Assembly: GCA_905236755.1 (NCBI GenBank)
Contig: CAJOCR010000003.1
Coordinates: forward strand, 77,550-141,549
DNA length: 64,000 nt
Direction of reading: 5' to 3'
Origin: an uncultured Prevotella sp.
GTDB taxonomy: Bacteria > Bacteroidota > Bacteroidia > Bacteroidales > Bacteroidaceae
Made by a program: the position numbers and the translations under genes. The notes beneath the pieces are model-generated. The model was not told the origin of the DNA. It saw nothing but the letters and a program-made list of their open reading frames with translations, and did no database searches. This document shows, in pieces, positions 27,324 to 36,579 of this stretch (position 1 is the stretch's first letter; the number at the start of each line of letters is the position of its first letter).

Positions 27324-27389
27324 TGCACAAAACATTTGGGAATGTGCAAATAATAACGTACCTTTGCACAGAAATTTGAAATTTGTGCA
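27324..27389. promoter_or_regulatory. fadD promoter (-33 TTTG 27335-27338, -7 TACCTTTG 27359-27366) overlapped by two TGCACA-N13-TGTGCA palindromes
   Basis: Boxes at 27324-27348 and 27365-27389 have identical half-sites and spacing; the -33 to -7 spacer is 20 nt. Confidence 0.7.
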
Positions 27390-29063
27390 ATGGAATTAAT
27401 ACCAAGCTTCAATAAATATATAGAAGAAAGTATCATAAACAATTGGGACAACGATGCCCTAACTGATTACAAGGGAACAACCTTGCAATATCACGATGTA
27501 GCTCGTAAGATTGAAAAACTACACATTCTTTTTGAAAACAGTGGTCTTCAAAAAGGTGACAAAGTTGCATTATGCGGACGAAACAGCAGCAACTGGGCAG
27601 TAGCCTTTATAGCAACTCTTACATATGGAGCAGTAGTTGTACCTATTCAACATGAATTTAAAGCAGAACAGATACACAATATTGTTAATCACAGCGAAGC
27701 AAAAGTTCTTTTCGTAGGCGATGTAGTAGCCACCCAGATTAATGCTGATGAGATGCCACACCTTGAAGGAATAATATATCTTCCAGATAACTCTATTGTC
27801 GTTTCTCGTACTGAAAAACTCACCTATGCACGTGAGCACCTGAACGAACTATATGGACATCGTTTTCCAAAGTATTTCCGTAGAGAGCATGTTCACTACT
27901 ATATCAACAAGCCCGACGACTTGGCAATGATAAACTACACCAGCGGAACAACAGGCTTCTCAAAAGGTGTAATGCTGACATACAGAAGTCTTGAAGGCAA
28001 TCTCCTCGGACTTAGAGAAGAAATCCTAGACAAAGCCAAAATAAAGCCAGGATGCAATGTTCTGAGCATCCTTCCTATGGCACATATGTATGGCTTGATG
28101 TGTGAGTTCATTCTTCAGTTCTGCAATGGTAGTCACATTTTCTTCCTTACACGACTACCAAGTCCTACTATTATTCAGGAGGCATTCAAGGAAATTAAGC
28201 CAGCTATCATTGTTTCAGTACCACTCATAGTAGAGAAAATTGTTCGCAAGAAAATATTCCCTATCGTGCAGAACAACAGAGTGCGACTTCTCATGAACAT
28301 GCCAGTAATAAGCAAAAAGGTGAAGGAAAAAATCCTTGAGCTTGTTAAAGAGGAATTTGGTGGCAACATGTATGAGATTCTCGTTGGCGGAGCTGGTCTA
28401 AGCAAAGAAATTGAATCATTCTTCACAAGCATAAACTTCCCTATTACTGTTGGCTATGGCACTACAGAAACAGGACCTATGATTACCTATGCCGACTGGA
28501 CAAACTTTGTACCAGGAAGCTGTGGCGTTCGTATGAACAATATGGAAGTGAAAATTGCAAGCGAAGACCCTCAGAATATTGCAGGAGAAATTCTCACACG
28601 TGGTGACAATCTTATGATTGGATATTATAAGAACGACGAAGCCACAAAGGCTGTAATAGACGAGGAAGGTTGGTTCCACACTGGCGATCTGGCAACAATG
28701 AGCGAAGATGGCCATGTGTTTATTCGTGGACGAATCAAAAACATGCTCTTAGGCTCTAACGGACAGAATATCTATCCAGAAGAAATCGAAGACAAACTCA
28801 ACTCTATGGCTATGGTTAACGAGAGTCTGGTAATACAAAAGGGAGAACAACTCATTGGTCTTGTGCACCCAGATCTTGAAGAGGCTCAGTCAATGGGCTT
28901 CACAGTTGAGGAAATAGAAGGAATTATGGAACAGAACCGTCATGAGCTTAACCAGATGCTCCCACCCTTCTGCAAGATTTCTGCTATTAAACTACACAAT
29001 AATGAATTTGAGAAAACTCCTAAAAAGAGTATAAAAAGATATCTTTACCAGGATGCTGTTTAA
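27390..29063 (+). CDS. fadD: Long-chain fatty-acid-CoA ligase (AMP-binding), paralog 1
   Basis: YTSGTTGFSKG, GYGTTE, GWFHTGD, GRIKN, NIYPEEIE. Confidence 0.88.
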   Translation: MELIPSFNKYIEESIINNWDNDALTDYKGTTLQYHDVARKIEKLHILFENSGLQKGDKVALCGRNSSNWAVAFIATLTYGAVVVPIQHEFKAEQIHNIVNHSEAKVLFVGDVVATQINADEMPHLEGIIYLPDNSIVVSRTEKLTYAREHLNELYGHRFPKYFRREHVHYYINKPDDLAMINYTSGTTGFSKGVMLTYRSLEGNLLGLREEILDKAKIKPGCNVLSILPMAHMYGLMCEFILQFCNGSHIFFLTRLPSPTIIQEAFKEIKPAIIVSVPLIVEKIVRKKIFPIVQNNRVRLLMNMPVISKKVKEKILELVKEEFGGNMYEILVGGAGLSKEIESFFTSINFPITVGYGTTETGPMITYADWTNFVPGSCGVRMNNMEVKIASEDPQNIAGEILTRGDNLMIGYYKNDEATKAVIDEEGWFHTGDLATMSEDGHVFIRGRIKNMLLGSNGQNIYPEEIEDKLNSMAMVNESLVIQKGEQLIGLVHPDLEEAQSMGFTVEEIEGIMEQNRHELNQMLPPFCKISAIKLHNNEFEKTPKKSIKRYLYQDAV

Positions 29064-29112
29064 GTCCTGAATATATACGAGAAAAATTAGAAAACATTCA
29101 GAACAGAACTAT

Positions 29113-30777
29113 ATGGAAAATATTCCAAGTTTTAACGCGTTAATCAAAAAAACTATCCTTGACAATTGGGATAAGGATGCGCTTACAGATTTTAAAGGAG
29201 CAACTCTTCAGTATCACGATGTAGCTCGCAAAATTGAAAAACTCCACATCATGTTCGAAAACAGTGGAGTTGTTAAAGGCGACAAGATTGCTCTTGCTGG
29301 ACGTAATAGTGCCAACTGGGCTGTGGCTTTCTTAGCAACACTCACCTATGGTGCTATTGCAGTACCTATTCTTCATGAGTTTACTGCTGACCAAATTCAC
29401 AACATCGTAAACCATAGCGAAGCAAAACTTCTTTTTGTGGGTGACGTTGTTGCTACTCAAATTGACGCTACGAAAATGCTTGGTCTAGAAGGAATTATCT
29501 ATATTCCAGACTATTCATTGGTAGTTTCTCGCACTGACAAATTAACTTATGCTCGCGAACACCTCAACGAGATGTTCGGAAAGAAATATCCAAAATATTT
29601 CCGTAAGCAGCATGTAGATTATTACATTGAAGAAGATCCTAACCAGTTGGCAATGATCAACTATACCAGCGGAACAACAGGCTTCTCTAAGGGAGTTATG
29701 ATTCCATATCGTGCCATGTGGAGCAATGCCGATTTTGCCGAGCATGTACTGGGCGACAAGATAAAAGCTGGAGACAGCGTTATCAGCATCCTTCCAATGG
29801 CTCACATGTATGGTATGGCATTCGAATTTATCTTCGAATTCCTCAAAGGCTGCCACATCTTCTATCTAACACGCGTACCAAGCCCTGCTATCATAGCGCA
29901 GGCTTTCAGCGAGGTAAAACCTGCAGTAATCATTGCTGTACCACTTGTTATTGAGAAAATCATCAAGAAGAAGGTATTCCCAAAAATTCAGAACAACCGT
30001 ATGCGCATGCTCATGCACATGCCTGTTGTTTCTAAGAAGGTAAACGAAAAAATCTGCTCACAGGTTAGCCAGGCTTTCGGTGGAAACTTCTATGAAGTAA
30101 TCATCGGTGGAGCTGCTTTCAATAAGGAAGTAGAAACCTTCTTGCACAGAATTGGATTTAGATACACTGTAGGATACGGAGCAACAGAATGTGCACCTAT
30201 CATCTGCTATGCCGACTACAAAGACTTTGTTCCTGGTAGTTGCGGTAAAGCAGCTCTTCACATGCAAGTACGCATTGACAGTAGCGACCCTGCAAATATC
30301 CCAGGTGAGATTCTTTGCAAAGGTCCAAACGTTCTTCTTGGTTATTACAAGAATGAGGAAGCTACTCGTGAGGCTATTGATAAAGATGGCTGGTTCCATA
30401 CTGGCGACCTCGGACTTATGGACGCTGATGGAAATGTCTTCATCAAGGGACGTTCAAAAACCATGCTTCTTAGTGCTAATGGCCAAAATGTTTATCCTGA
30501 AGAAGTAGAAGACCAACTCAACTCTATGCCTATGGTAACGGAAAGCGTCATGATTCAGGAAGGCGACAAATTCATCGGTCTTGTTTATCCTGACTTTGAC
30601 GAGGCTAATACAATGGGCTTCTCTCGAGAGGATCTCGAAAACATCATGGAGCAAAACAGAAAAGACCTCAATGTGATTCTTCCTGCCTATTGTCGTTTAG
30701 CAGAAATAAGAATTCACGACGAAGAATTTGAGAAAACTCCTAAGAAGAGCATCAAGCGCTTCTTATACCAGAAATAA
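29113..30777 (+). CDS. fadD: Long-chain fatty-acid-CoA ligase (AMP-binding), paralog 2
   Basis: YTSGTTGFSKG, GYGATE, GWFHTGD, NVYPEEVE; collinear with paralog 1. Confidence 0.88.
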   Translation: MENIPSFNALIKKTILDNWDKDALTDFKGATLQYHDVARKIEKLHIMFENSGVVKGDKIALAGRNSANWAVAFLATLTYGAIAVPILHEFTADQIHNIVNHSEAKLLFVGDVVATQIDATKMLGLEGIIYIPDYSLVVSRTDKLTYAREHLNEMFGKKYPKYFRKQHVDYYIEEDPNQLAMINYTSGTTGFSKGVMIPYRAMWSNADFAEHVLGDKIKAGDSVISILPMAHMYGMAFEFIFEFLKGCHIFYLTRVPSPAIIAQAFSEVKPAVIIAVPLVIEKIIKKKVFPKIQNNRMRMLMHMPVVSKKVNEKICSQVSQAFGGNFYEVIIGGAAFNKEVETFLHRIGFRYTVGYGATECAPIICYADYKDFVPGSCGKAALHMQVRIDSSDPANIPGEILCKGPNVLLGYYKNEEATREAIDKDGWFHTGDLGLMDADGNVFIKGRSKTMLLSANGQNVYPEEVEDQLNSMPMVTESVMIQEGDKFIGLVYPDFDEANTMGFSREDLENIMEQNRKDLNVILPAYCRLAEIRIHDEEFEKTPKKSIKRFLYQK

Positions 30778-30784
30778 TATATAT

Positions 30785-30815
30785 AAAGGCAAGCTCCAAA
30801 AGGAACTTGCCTTTT
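30785..30815. terminator. Terminator between convergent fadD and cdd
   Basis: AAAGGCAAG-CTCCAAAAGGAA-CTTGCCTTTT. Confidence 0.8.
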
Positions 30816-30876
30816 AATGTGTAATGTGGAATTAATGGCACTTTGTTCGATGATGTACCAACGATAATTCCACATT
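30816..30876. repeat. Heptamer-type element with 12-bp inverted repeats
   Basis: AATGTGT AATGTGG AATTA ... TAATTCCACATT; the left end matches 50186-50204 at 18/19. Confidence 0.65.
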
Positions 30877-31354
30877 ATTTCATGTTTGCATCTACAAACG
30901 AGAAAGGAAGTAGGTCTTTTACACTCTTTATTATATATATTCCATCGGTACCATACAAGATAATTCTAACTGGCTTTTTATATCTGTCTTCTACCTCAAG
31001 AATTACCTGACGGCAAGGTCCACATGGACTAATAGGTTCTTTAATAAAACCATTTACGTTCTTTGCAGCAATAGCCAATGCCTCTATTGGCTGATCTGGA
31101 TGCTGTGCCTGGGCAGCAAAAACCGCTGTTCTCTCAGCACATAAACCAGAAGGAAAAGCTGCATTCTCCTGATTAGCACCAATGATGATGTCGCCATTTT
31201 CCAGCCTTAGAGCAGCTCCAACATTAAAATGGCTATAGTTTGCATACGAATTCTTTGTTGCTTCCTTAGCACGATTAACAAGCTCCAGATCTTCTTTTGA
31301 AAGCTCTGACTCACTAACAAAGTCGTAATTAATTTCTATTTTCATTTGTTTCAT
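30875..31354 (-). CDS. cdd: Cytidine deaminase
   Basis: YSHFNVGAAL, ENAAFPSGLCAERTA, PCGPCRQ zinc motif. Confidence 0.95.
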   Translation of the reverse strand: MKQMKIEINYDFVSESELSKEDLELVNRAKEATKNSYANYSHFNVGAALRLENGDIIIGANQENAAFPSGLCAERTAVFAAQAQHPDQPIEALAIAAKNVNGFIKEPISPCGPCRQVILEVEDRYKKPVRIILYGTDGIYIIKSVKDLLPFSFVDANMK

Positions 31355-31419
31355 AACGCAAAAATAATACTTTTGAGTGAAATATCATGCATTAATAATA
31401 CAAAAAAAAAGAAACAATC

Positions 31420-32853
31420 CTATTCCACATACTCAAATGCACCAATACATGGCTTTACACCACGTTTTCTGCCTTCTCTGTCAACAGTTGGAATAGTCTC
31501 AGCATTACCCTTAGCAATAGCCTCACTCTCCTTCGCCAAATGAAAATCATAATGCTGAGTATCTGCACTTATCAAATTAAAATGCTTTTCTCCATTCGAA
31601 GAAGTGTTATTCACATTTTCATAAACAACATTAGTAAAATAAACGCTGTCTTCGGTTTCTATCTTCGGAGTACGGATAATACAATCAGAAAAAGCATAGT
31701 TAAAAAACTTTTCAGTATCTGTTTTAACACCCATAAGTACATCATCGGCATATCCTGTTATAATACTATTCATAACCTTCAGCCCCAACAAAGCATAAAC
31801 AGATGAAAACCTCAAAGTTGCCCCACGGGCAGAATCAAAAGGATAGAACTGTGCTAATGTACAACCATTGATTTTAATATCACCACCATTAACACACACA
31901 CAATCATTCAACACATTAGTTATCTGACTATTATAAATATGCCCCTTAACATTATTAAGCAACAATCCATAGCCCTGACAGTTGTGTATTGTTGACTGTT
32001 CAATACTAATCTTCTCTTTCTCTACATCCGAGCTGTCGCATACTATTCCATCATAAGTACTATGAATATCAGTAAATTGCAATACATTATCATAGGATGT
32101 TGTTCCAAAGTGAAGACCTTGCCATTGACCACTTACAAGGTCGTAAGGAAGATAATCAAACATTTTATCCAATCTGTCGCCTCTTAGTACAACTTCTTTT
32201 CCTGCTTCGCCTAATGCTTTTAACGAGCCTTTTACTACTATTCCTGCATTCTCATGGAAATAGATATTTGTTCCTGCAGATAAAGTTAAACAAGCCTCCT
32301 CAGCCACAGTAATACCATCATAAACCACTAGTGGTTTCTTTGTCGAAATAACAGAATCCTTGTCTATAACCAATCCTCTTACACAAACAGCATCCCATGA
32401 CCACGCACTTAGTTCAACCTTCTGCTCTACTCCACTTTCAAGTTTGAAAACAAGATTATCAGTAACCTTCTGTGGCCCGGCAGCACCATTCTCTGGCGAG
32501 GTCAATTCAACAAAAACACGAATACTATCACCTGCATGAATCTCCACATCCTGCACCTGATAGCCCATCTCCTGTCCAAGATAAGTTCCATCTACATTAA
32601 CTCTAAAACCTGTCTGGTTTCCATTTTCAAGGCGTACATTTGTACATCTCAATGACTTACCAGATGTATTATAAACCCAAAAGGCATGGGTTGATGATGG
32701 AGTTTTTGAGAATATAGTATCTAAGTTAACAACTGATTCAGAAAAAGCTAATTTATAACTTGATGATGTGGTAAAAACATCATCATCACTACATGCTGTC
32801 AGAAATGCAACAGCAAGAAATAATACTGAAACTATAATTTTATGCCATTTCAT
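31420..32853 (-). CDS. Lipoprotein with Ig-like and right-handed beta-helix regions
   Basis: Lipobox LTAC (Cys21), GQWQG, beta-helix-like repeats, terminal PCIGAFEY. Confidence 0.7.
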   Translation of the reverse strand: MKWHKIIVSVLFLAVAFLTACSDDDVFTTSSSYKLAFSESVVNLDTIFSKTPSSTHAFWVYNTSGKSLRCTNVRLENGNQTGFRVNVDGTYLGQEMGYQVQDVEIHAGDSIRVFVELTSPENGAAGPQKVTDNLVFKLESGVEQKVELSAWSWDAVCVRGLVIDKDSVISTKKPLVVYDGITVAEEACLTLSAGTNIYFHENAGIVVKGSLKALGEAGKEVVLRGDRLDKMFDYLPYDLVSGQWQGLHFGTTSYDNVLQFTDIHSTYDGIVCDSSDVEKEKISIEQSTIHNCQGYGLLLNNVKGHIYNSQITNVLNDCVCVNGGDIKINGCTLAQFYPFDSARGATLRFSSVYALLGLKVMNSIITGYADDVLMGVKTDTEKFFNYAFSDCIIRTPKIETEDSVYFTNVVYENVNNTSSNGEKHFNLISADTQHYDFHLAKESEAIAKGNAETIPTVDREGRKRGVKPCIGAFEYVE

Positions 32854-32890
32854 TATATATATAACGGAATGGAATGGAAATTATTGTAAA

Positions 32891-32916
32891 ACTCCTCCCC
32901 CTTATGAAGGGGAGGA
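32891..32916 (+). repeat. Family A palindromic repeat, copy 4 (TTATGAA-loop variant)
   Basis: TCCTCCCC-CTTATGAA-GGGGAGGA, 4 bp beyond the MFS stop codon. Confidence 0.7.
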
Positions 32917-32920
32917 AGAA

Positions 32921-34129
32921 TTATCTGTTTTTCTTCTTTATATACCACCCATGTACAAAACAATTATACACCAACAGGACAACTGCCAATAATGCCAATG
33001 CTACCATAAGCATCATTTGTTGCTTACCATAGAATAAAGCATAGCCAACACCTACACCCATACTTAATCCAAATTCCCATGAGAGGATATATGTGCTTAC
33101 AGATGTACCTCGTTGGCAATGGTTACTGAGCTTTATAAAGAACAATAAGAATCTACTACCTATAGCACCTGCACCAAAACCTACAAATACAGGAACAATA
33201 TAAGGAATGCTCGCTGCATCACCTATATGCTGTAATACGAGCGCAATAGCAATACTTATAAGACCTGTATTTACTTCACTCTTCAAATCAGCATTAGCAA
33301 AGGCAAAACGCTCTGAACACAATGCAAGGAAGAAACCAAGCATCATCATAACGAAGAACTGAAGATTCCATTCTACAGACAATACAAGTCCTATAACAAA
33401 GGTAAGCATTGAGAGATTAATAAACAAAGGCCAACCTCGAAACAGAATAAACCTATCTGTTGTGAACACCTTCACATCATCATCAGGAGCTTTGAATGGC
33501 AGCTTCACCATTGAAATCAACACTAAAGCCAGCACACCAAGCGAGACAGAAGCCACCAACACACCATCTGTTCCACCATATTTATAACTGAACAAACCAA
33601 CTACAGGACCTAATGACAGACCAAAACGTCCAAACCAGTTTGACGAATGGTTAGCCTCTGTGCGTTGGAACGATTCACAAATATCTACAACAAGAGTTGA
33701 ACACAACACTATCTGCGCTAAGGCAAAAGTCGCACCCATAAGCAACCTGAGGATAATATAGAAAACCGTTATTCTCTCTATATTCAACCAGTTTCTTACT
33801 TCTGCAAATCTTATCTTCTCTAAGTCTGGAATCAATAATAAACCAACTAATGAGAGAAGCAGTATAAGAATAGCCCTCAAACATACTCTGTTTCTACGAT
33901 ATTTCTGCACCCAGTAAGAGCCAAAGCCTCCTAAGACAAAAATGCCAAGTGAGAATACTCCCATCACACAACCAGTCATCAAAGGAGATAGTTTTTCATC
34001 CATCAGCTGATGTGGCAACAACGGAATCTGCATATATACCAACATAGACAACACCATATTGGCCAACGCAAGAAGCCAAAAGTCTCTATGCCATAATCTG
34101 AAGTGCACGGGAGTGTTCTGTGTATCCAT
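32921..34129 (-). CDS. MFS transporter
   Basis: About 12 hydrophobic segments; N-terminal LWHRDFWLLALAN. Confidence 0.8.
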   Translation of the reverse strand: MDTQNTPVHFRLWHRDFWLLALANMVLSMLVYMQIPLLPHQLMDEKLSPLMTGCVMGVFSLGIFVLGGFGSYWVQKYRRNRVCLRAILILLLSLVGLLLIPDLEKIRFAEVRNWLNIERITVFYIILRLLMGATFALAQIVLCSTLVVDICESFQRTEANHSSNWFGRFGLSLGPVVGLFSYKYGGTDGVLVASVSLGVLALVLISMVKLPFKAPDDDVKVFTTDRFILFRGWPLFINLSMLTFVIGLVLSVEWNLQFFVMMMLGFFLALCSERFAFANADLKSEVNTGLISIAIALVLQHIGDAASIPYIVPVFVGFGAGAIGSRFLLFFIKLSNHCQRGTSVSTYILSWEFGLSMGVGVGYALFYGKQQMMLMVALALLAVVLLVYNCFVHGWYIKKKNR

Positions 34130-34158
34130 ATCGCTTTAATTTATTAGTTAAGAGAGGA

Positions 34159-34240
34159 ATTAGAAGTTAGGAGCTAAATGCCATAGGCATTAATTACTCA
34201 TTGTTCATTACTCATTATAAATTGCCCGTAGGGCAACTAA
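34159..34240 (+). repeat. Heptamer/GTA-loop hairpin element, left of panB
   Basis: AAGTTAGGAG..AATGCC-ATA-GGCATT..ATTACTCATTATAA..TTGCCC-GTA-GGGCAACTAA; an inverted copy lies at 35102-35192. Confidence 0.8.
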
Positions 34241-34264
34241 CTCCACATTCCTCACTCTACATTC

Positions 34265-35083
34265 TTAATAGCTTTCATTAGCGTTCGGGAACGTACATTC
34301 CTTCACGCATTTAATATATTCTTGCACACCATCTGTCATACATTTATTTACGTCGGCAAAATGGCGTAGAAATTTTGGTTTAAAGCCCTGTGTCATACCC
34401 AAAGCATCAGCATATACCAATACCTGACCGTCACAGCTATTTCCTGCACCAATACCAATGGTTGCAGCACTAACACTTGCTGTTACCTCTGCAGCCAACT
34501 TAGCAGGAACTTTCTCAAGAGTAATACCAAATACACCTGCCTCATCCAAAGCCTTAGCATCGGCAAGAAGTTTTGCTGCCTCAGCTTCTTCCTTAGCACG
34601 CAGTCCGTATCCACCAAACTTATTCACACTCTGAGGGGTCAAACCTAAATGACCCATTACTGGAATACCAGCATCAACAATACCTTTTATCGTGTCAGCT
34701 ATCTCAGCTCCACCTTCCATCTTAACGGCATCAGCACCACTCTCCTTGATGATGCGAATAGCGTTGCGAATACCCTCTTCTCTGCTCACCTGATAACTGC
34801 CCATTGGCATGTCACAAAGCACAAGGCAGTGGTTGCATGCTCTAACTACTGAACGAGCGTGATAAATCATCTCGTCAACAGTAATAGGAAGTGTGTTGGC
34901 ATTACCTGCCATCACATTCGAAGCAGAATCACCTACAAGAATTGCATCGATGCCCGCTGCATCAATAATACCTGCTGTTGTAAAATCATATGCTGTGAGC
35001 ATTGTAATCTTCTCACCAGCATTCTTCATTTCAATAAATGTCTTTGCTGTAATCTTTTTCTTATCTGTTGTTAAATAGCCCAT
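34265..35083 (-). CDS. panB: 3-methyl-2-oxobutanoate hydroxymethyltransferase
   Basis: LTAYDF, ILVGDS, CDMPMGSY, VKMEGG, VMGHLGLTPQS, GIGAG...DGQVLV. Confidence 0.97.
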   Translation of the reverse strand: MGYLTTDKKKITAKTFIEMKNAGEKITMLTAYDFTTAGIIDAAGIDAILVGDSASNVMAGNANTLPITVDEMIYHARSVVRACNHCLVLCDMPMGSYQVSREEGIRNAIRIIKESGADAVKMEGGAEIADTIKGIVDAGIPVMGHLGLTPQSVNKFGGYGLRAKEEAEAAKLLADAKALDEAGVFGITLEKVPAKLAAEVTASVSAATIGIGAGNSCDGQVLVYADALGMTQGFKPKFLRHFADVNKCMTDGVQEYIKCVKECTFPNANESY

Positions 35084-35101
35084 AATCTTATTAATGTGAA
35101 A

Positions 35102-35192
35102 TTAGTTGCCATACGGCCAAGTTATAATGAGTAATAAGAAATTAATACCTACGGCATTTCAACTCCTAACTCCCATCTTCTAACTCCTAACT
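35102..35192 (-). repeat. Heptamer/GTA-loop hairpin element, right of panB (inverted relative to the left copy)
   Basis: Reverse complement GAGTTAGGAGTTGAAATGCCGTAGGTATTAATT..ATTACTCATTATAACTTGGCCGTATGGCAACTAA aligns with 34164-34240. Confidence 0.8.
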
Positions 35193-35229
35193 ATTAAGCG
35201 CTCTGCGCTTCATTATTCAATATTCAATA

Positions 35230-35877
35230 TTAATTATTCAATAGCATTGCTTGCAATGCGCTAAAATCCAGCCCCCTGTAATCGTCTATTACATAATCGC
35301 TAAACTCCTTTATTGCATCTCTTGAATTGGTTGTTGCAAGTCCTACAACAAATTCCTTTGCCGCACGCACAGCCTTCAATCCATTGAAACTATCCTCAAA
35401 GCCCACGCACTCACAGGGCTTGCAATTAAATACTTCAGCGCCTTTCAGATAGCAGTCTGGATGAGGCTTACTCTCTTTGAAGTCCTCGCTTGTAAGAATG
35501 CGGTCGAAATAATCTTTCATCTCAGGATGCTTTGCATACACCACATCCATCTTCTTCTGATTACTTGATGTAACCACCGCTGTCTTTATACCATTACGCT
35601 TCAAATCCTTGATAAAATCCTCAAAGCCAGGAATATATTCCAACTTCATCTCCTTCTCGAATCTATCAAGTCTTTCAACTACAAGATTGCGTTTATCCTC
35701 CAACTCACCAGTGAAAAGCCTATCGAAGATTTGTGTCAAAGTCTGACCTTTTATCTCATGCTCCAAGCCTGGCTTCTCAGGATGAAACTCCCTACACTGT
35801 GAGCCCCAGAAAATAGTATATTGTGGTTCGGTATCGAATACAACCCCATCTAAATCGAATAATGCTGCTTTTACCAT
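35230..35877 (-). CDS. HAD family phosphatase (beta-PGM-like)
   Basis: FDLDGVVFDT, VVTSS, SKPHPD, GFEDS..G..A. Confidence 0.92.
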   Translation of the reverse strand: MVKAALFDLDGVVFDTEPQYTIFWGSQCREFHPEKPGLEHEIKGQTLTQIFDRLFTGELEDKRNLVVERLDRFEKEMKLEYIPGFEDFIKDLKRNGIKTAVVTSSNQKKMDVVYAKHPEMKDYFDRILTSEDFKESKPHPDCYLKGAEVFNCKPCECVGFEDSFNGLKAVRAAKEFVVGLATTNSRDAIKEFSDYVIDDYRGLDFSALQAMLLNN

Positions 35878-35904
35878 TTTCTCTAATTAATTGATAACAG
35901 TGTG

Positions 35905-35933
35905 CAAAGTTACGAATTCTTTTTGTACTTTTG
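35905..35933. promoter_or_regulatory. Divergent -7 boxes for the HAD gene and rsmG
   Basis: TAACTTTG on minus (35905-35912) and TACTTTTG on plus (35926-35933). Confidence 0.6.
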
Positions 35934-35950
35934 TAGCAATAAGTAAGAAT

Positions 35951-36577
35951 ATGATAGAAATAATAACAAAATATTTCCCAGAACTCTCTAAAAATCAGGT
36001 AGGGCAGTTCAAAAAGCTCCAGTCACTCTATGAGGATTGGAACCAGAAAATCAATGTCATCTCACGTAAGGATATTGATAATCTCTACGAACATCATGTA
36101 CTCCACTCTCTTGCCATTGCAAAAGCAATTCGCTTTAAGGCAGGAACAACCATTCTCGACTTTGGTTGCGGAGGTGGATTCCCAGGCATACCACTTGCCA
36201 TTATGTTCCCTGAGTGCCATTTCAGAATGATTGATGGTACTGGAAAGAAAATAAAGGTTGTAAATGCTGTTGCCGAAGCATGCGGTTTAAAGAATGTAGA
36301 TGCACAACACCTTCGCGGAGAAGACGAGAAAGGCAAATACGACTTCATTGTCTCACGTGCTGTTATGCCACTGCCCGATATGATGAAGATTGTTCGTAAA
36401 AACATCTCTAACAAACATCAGAACGCACTTCCTAATGGTGTCTTCTGCCTCAAGGGAGGAGATCTTACAGAAGAACTGAAACCTTATGCCAACGTAGTTG
36501 AAGAAATACCCCTCGACACCTTCTTCGATGAAGATTGGTTCAAGGAAGAAAAGAAACTCATCTATCTTCCATTATAA
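35951..36577 (+). CDS. rsmG: 16S rRNA m7G527 methyltransferase
   Basis: WNQKINVISR, HVLHSL, LDFGCGGGFPGIPLAI, FIVSRAV, LKGG. Start reassigned to MIEII. Confidence 0.95.
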   Translation: MIEIITKYFPELSKNQVGQFKKLQSLYEDWNQKINVISRKDIDNLYEHHVLHSLAIAKAIRFKAGTTILDFGCGGGFPGIPLAIMFPECHFRMIDGTGKKIKVVNAVAEACGLKNVDAQHLRGEDEKGKYDFIVSRAVMPLPDMMKIVRKNISNKHQNALPNGVFCLKGGDLTEELKPYANVVEEIPLDTFFDEDWFKEEKKLIYLPL

Positions 36578-36579
36578 TT

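Noticed and set aside
30823-30876. Invertible promoter between 12-bp inverted repeats
   Set aside because: There is no TAnnTTTG box in the 30-bp interior, the site lies between convergent gene ends, and no recombinase is nearby.
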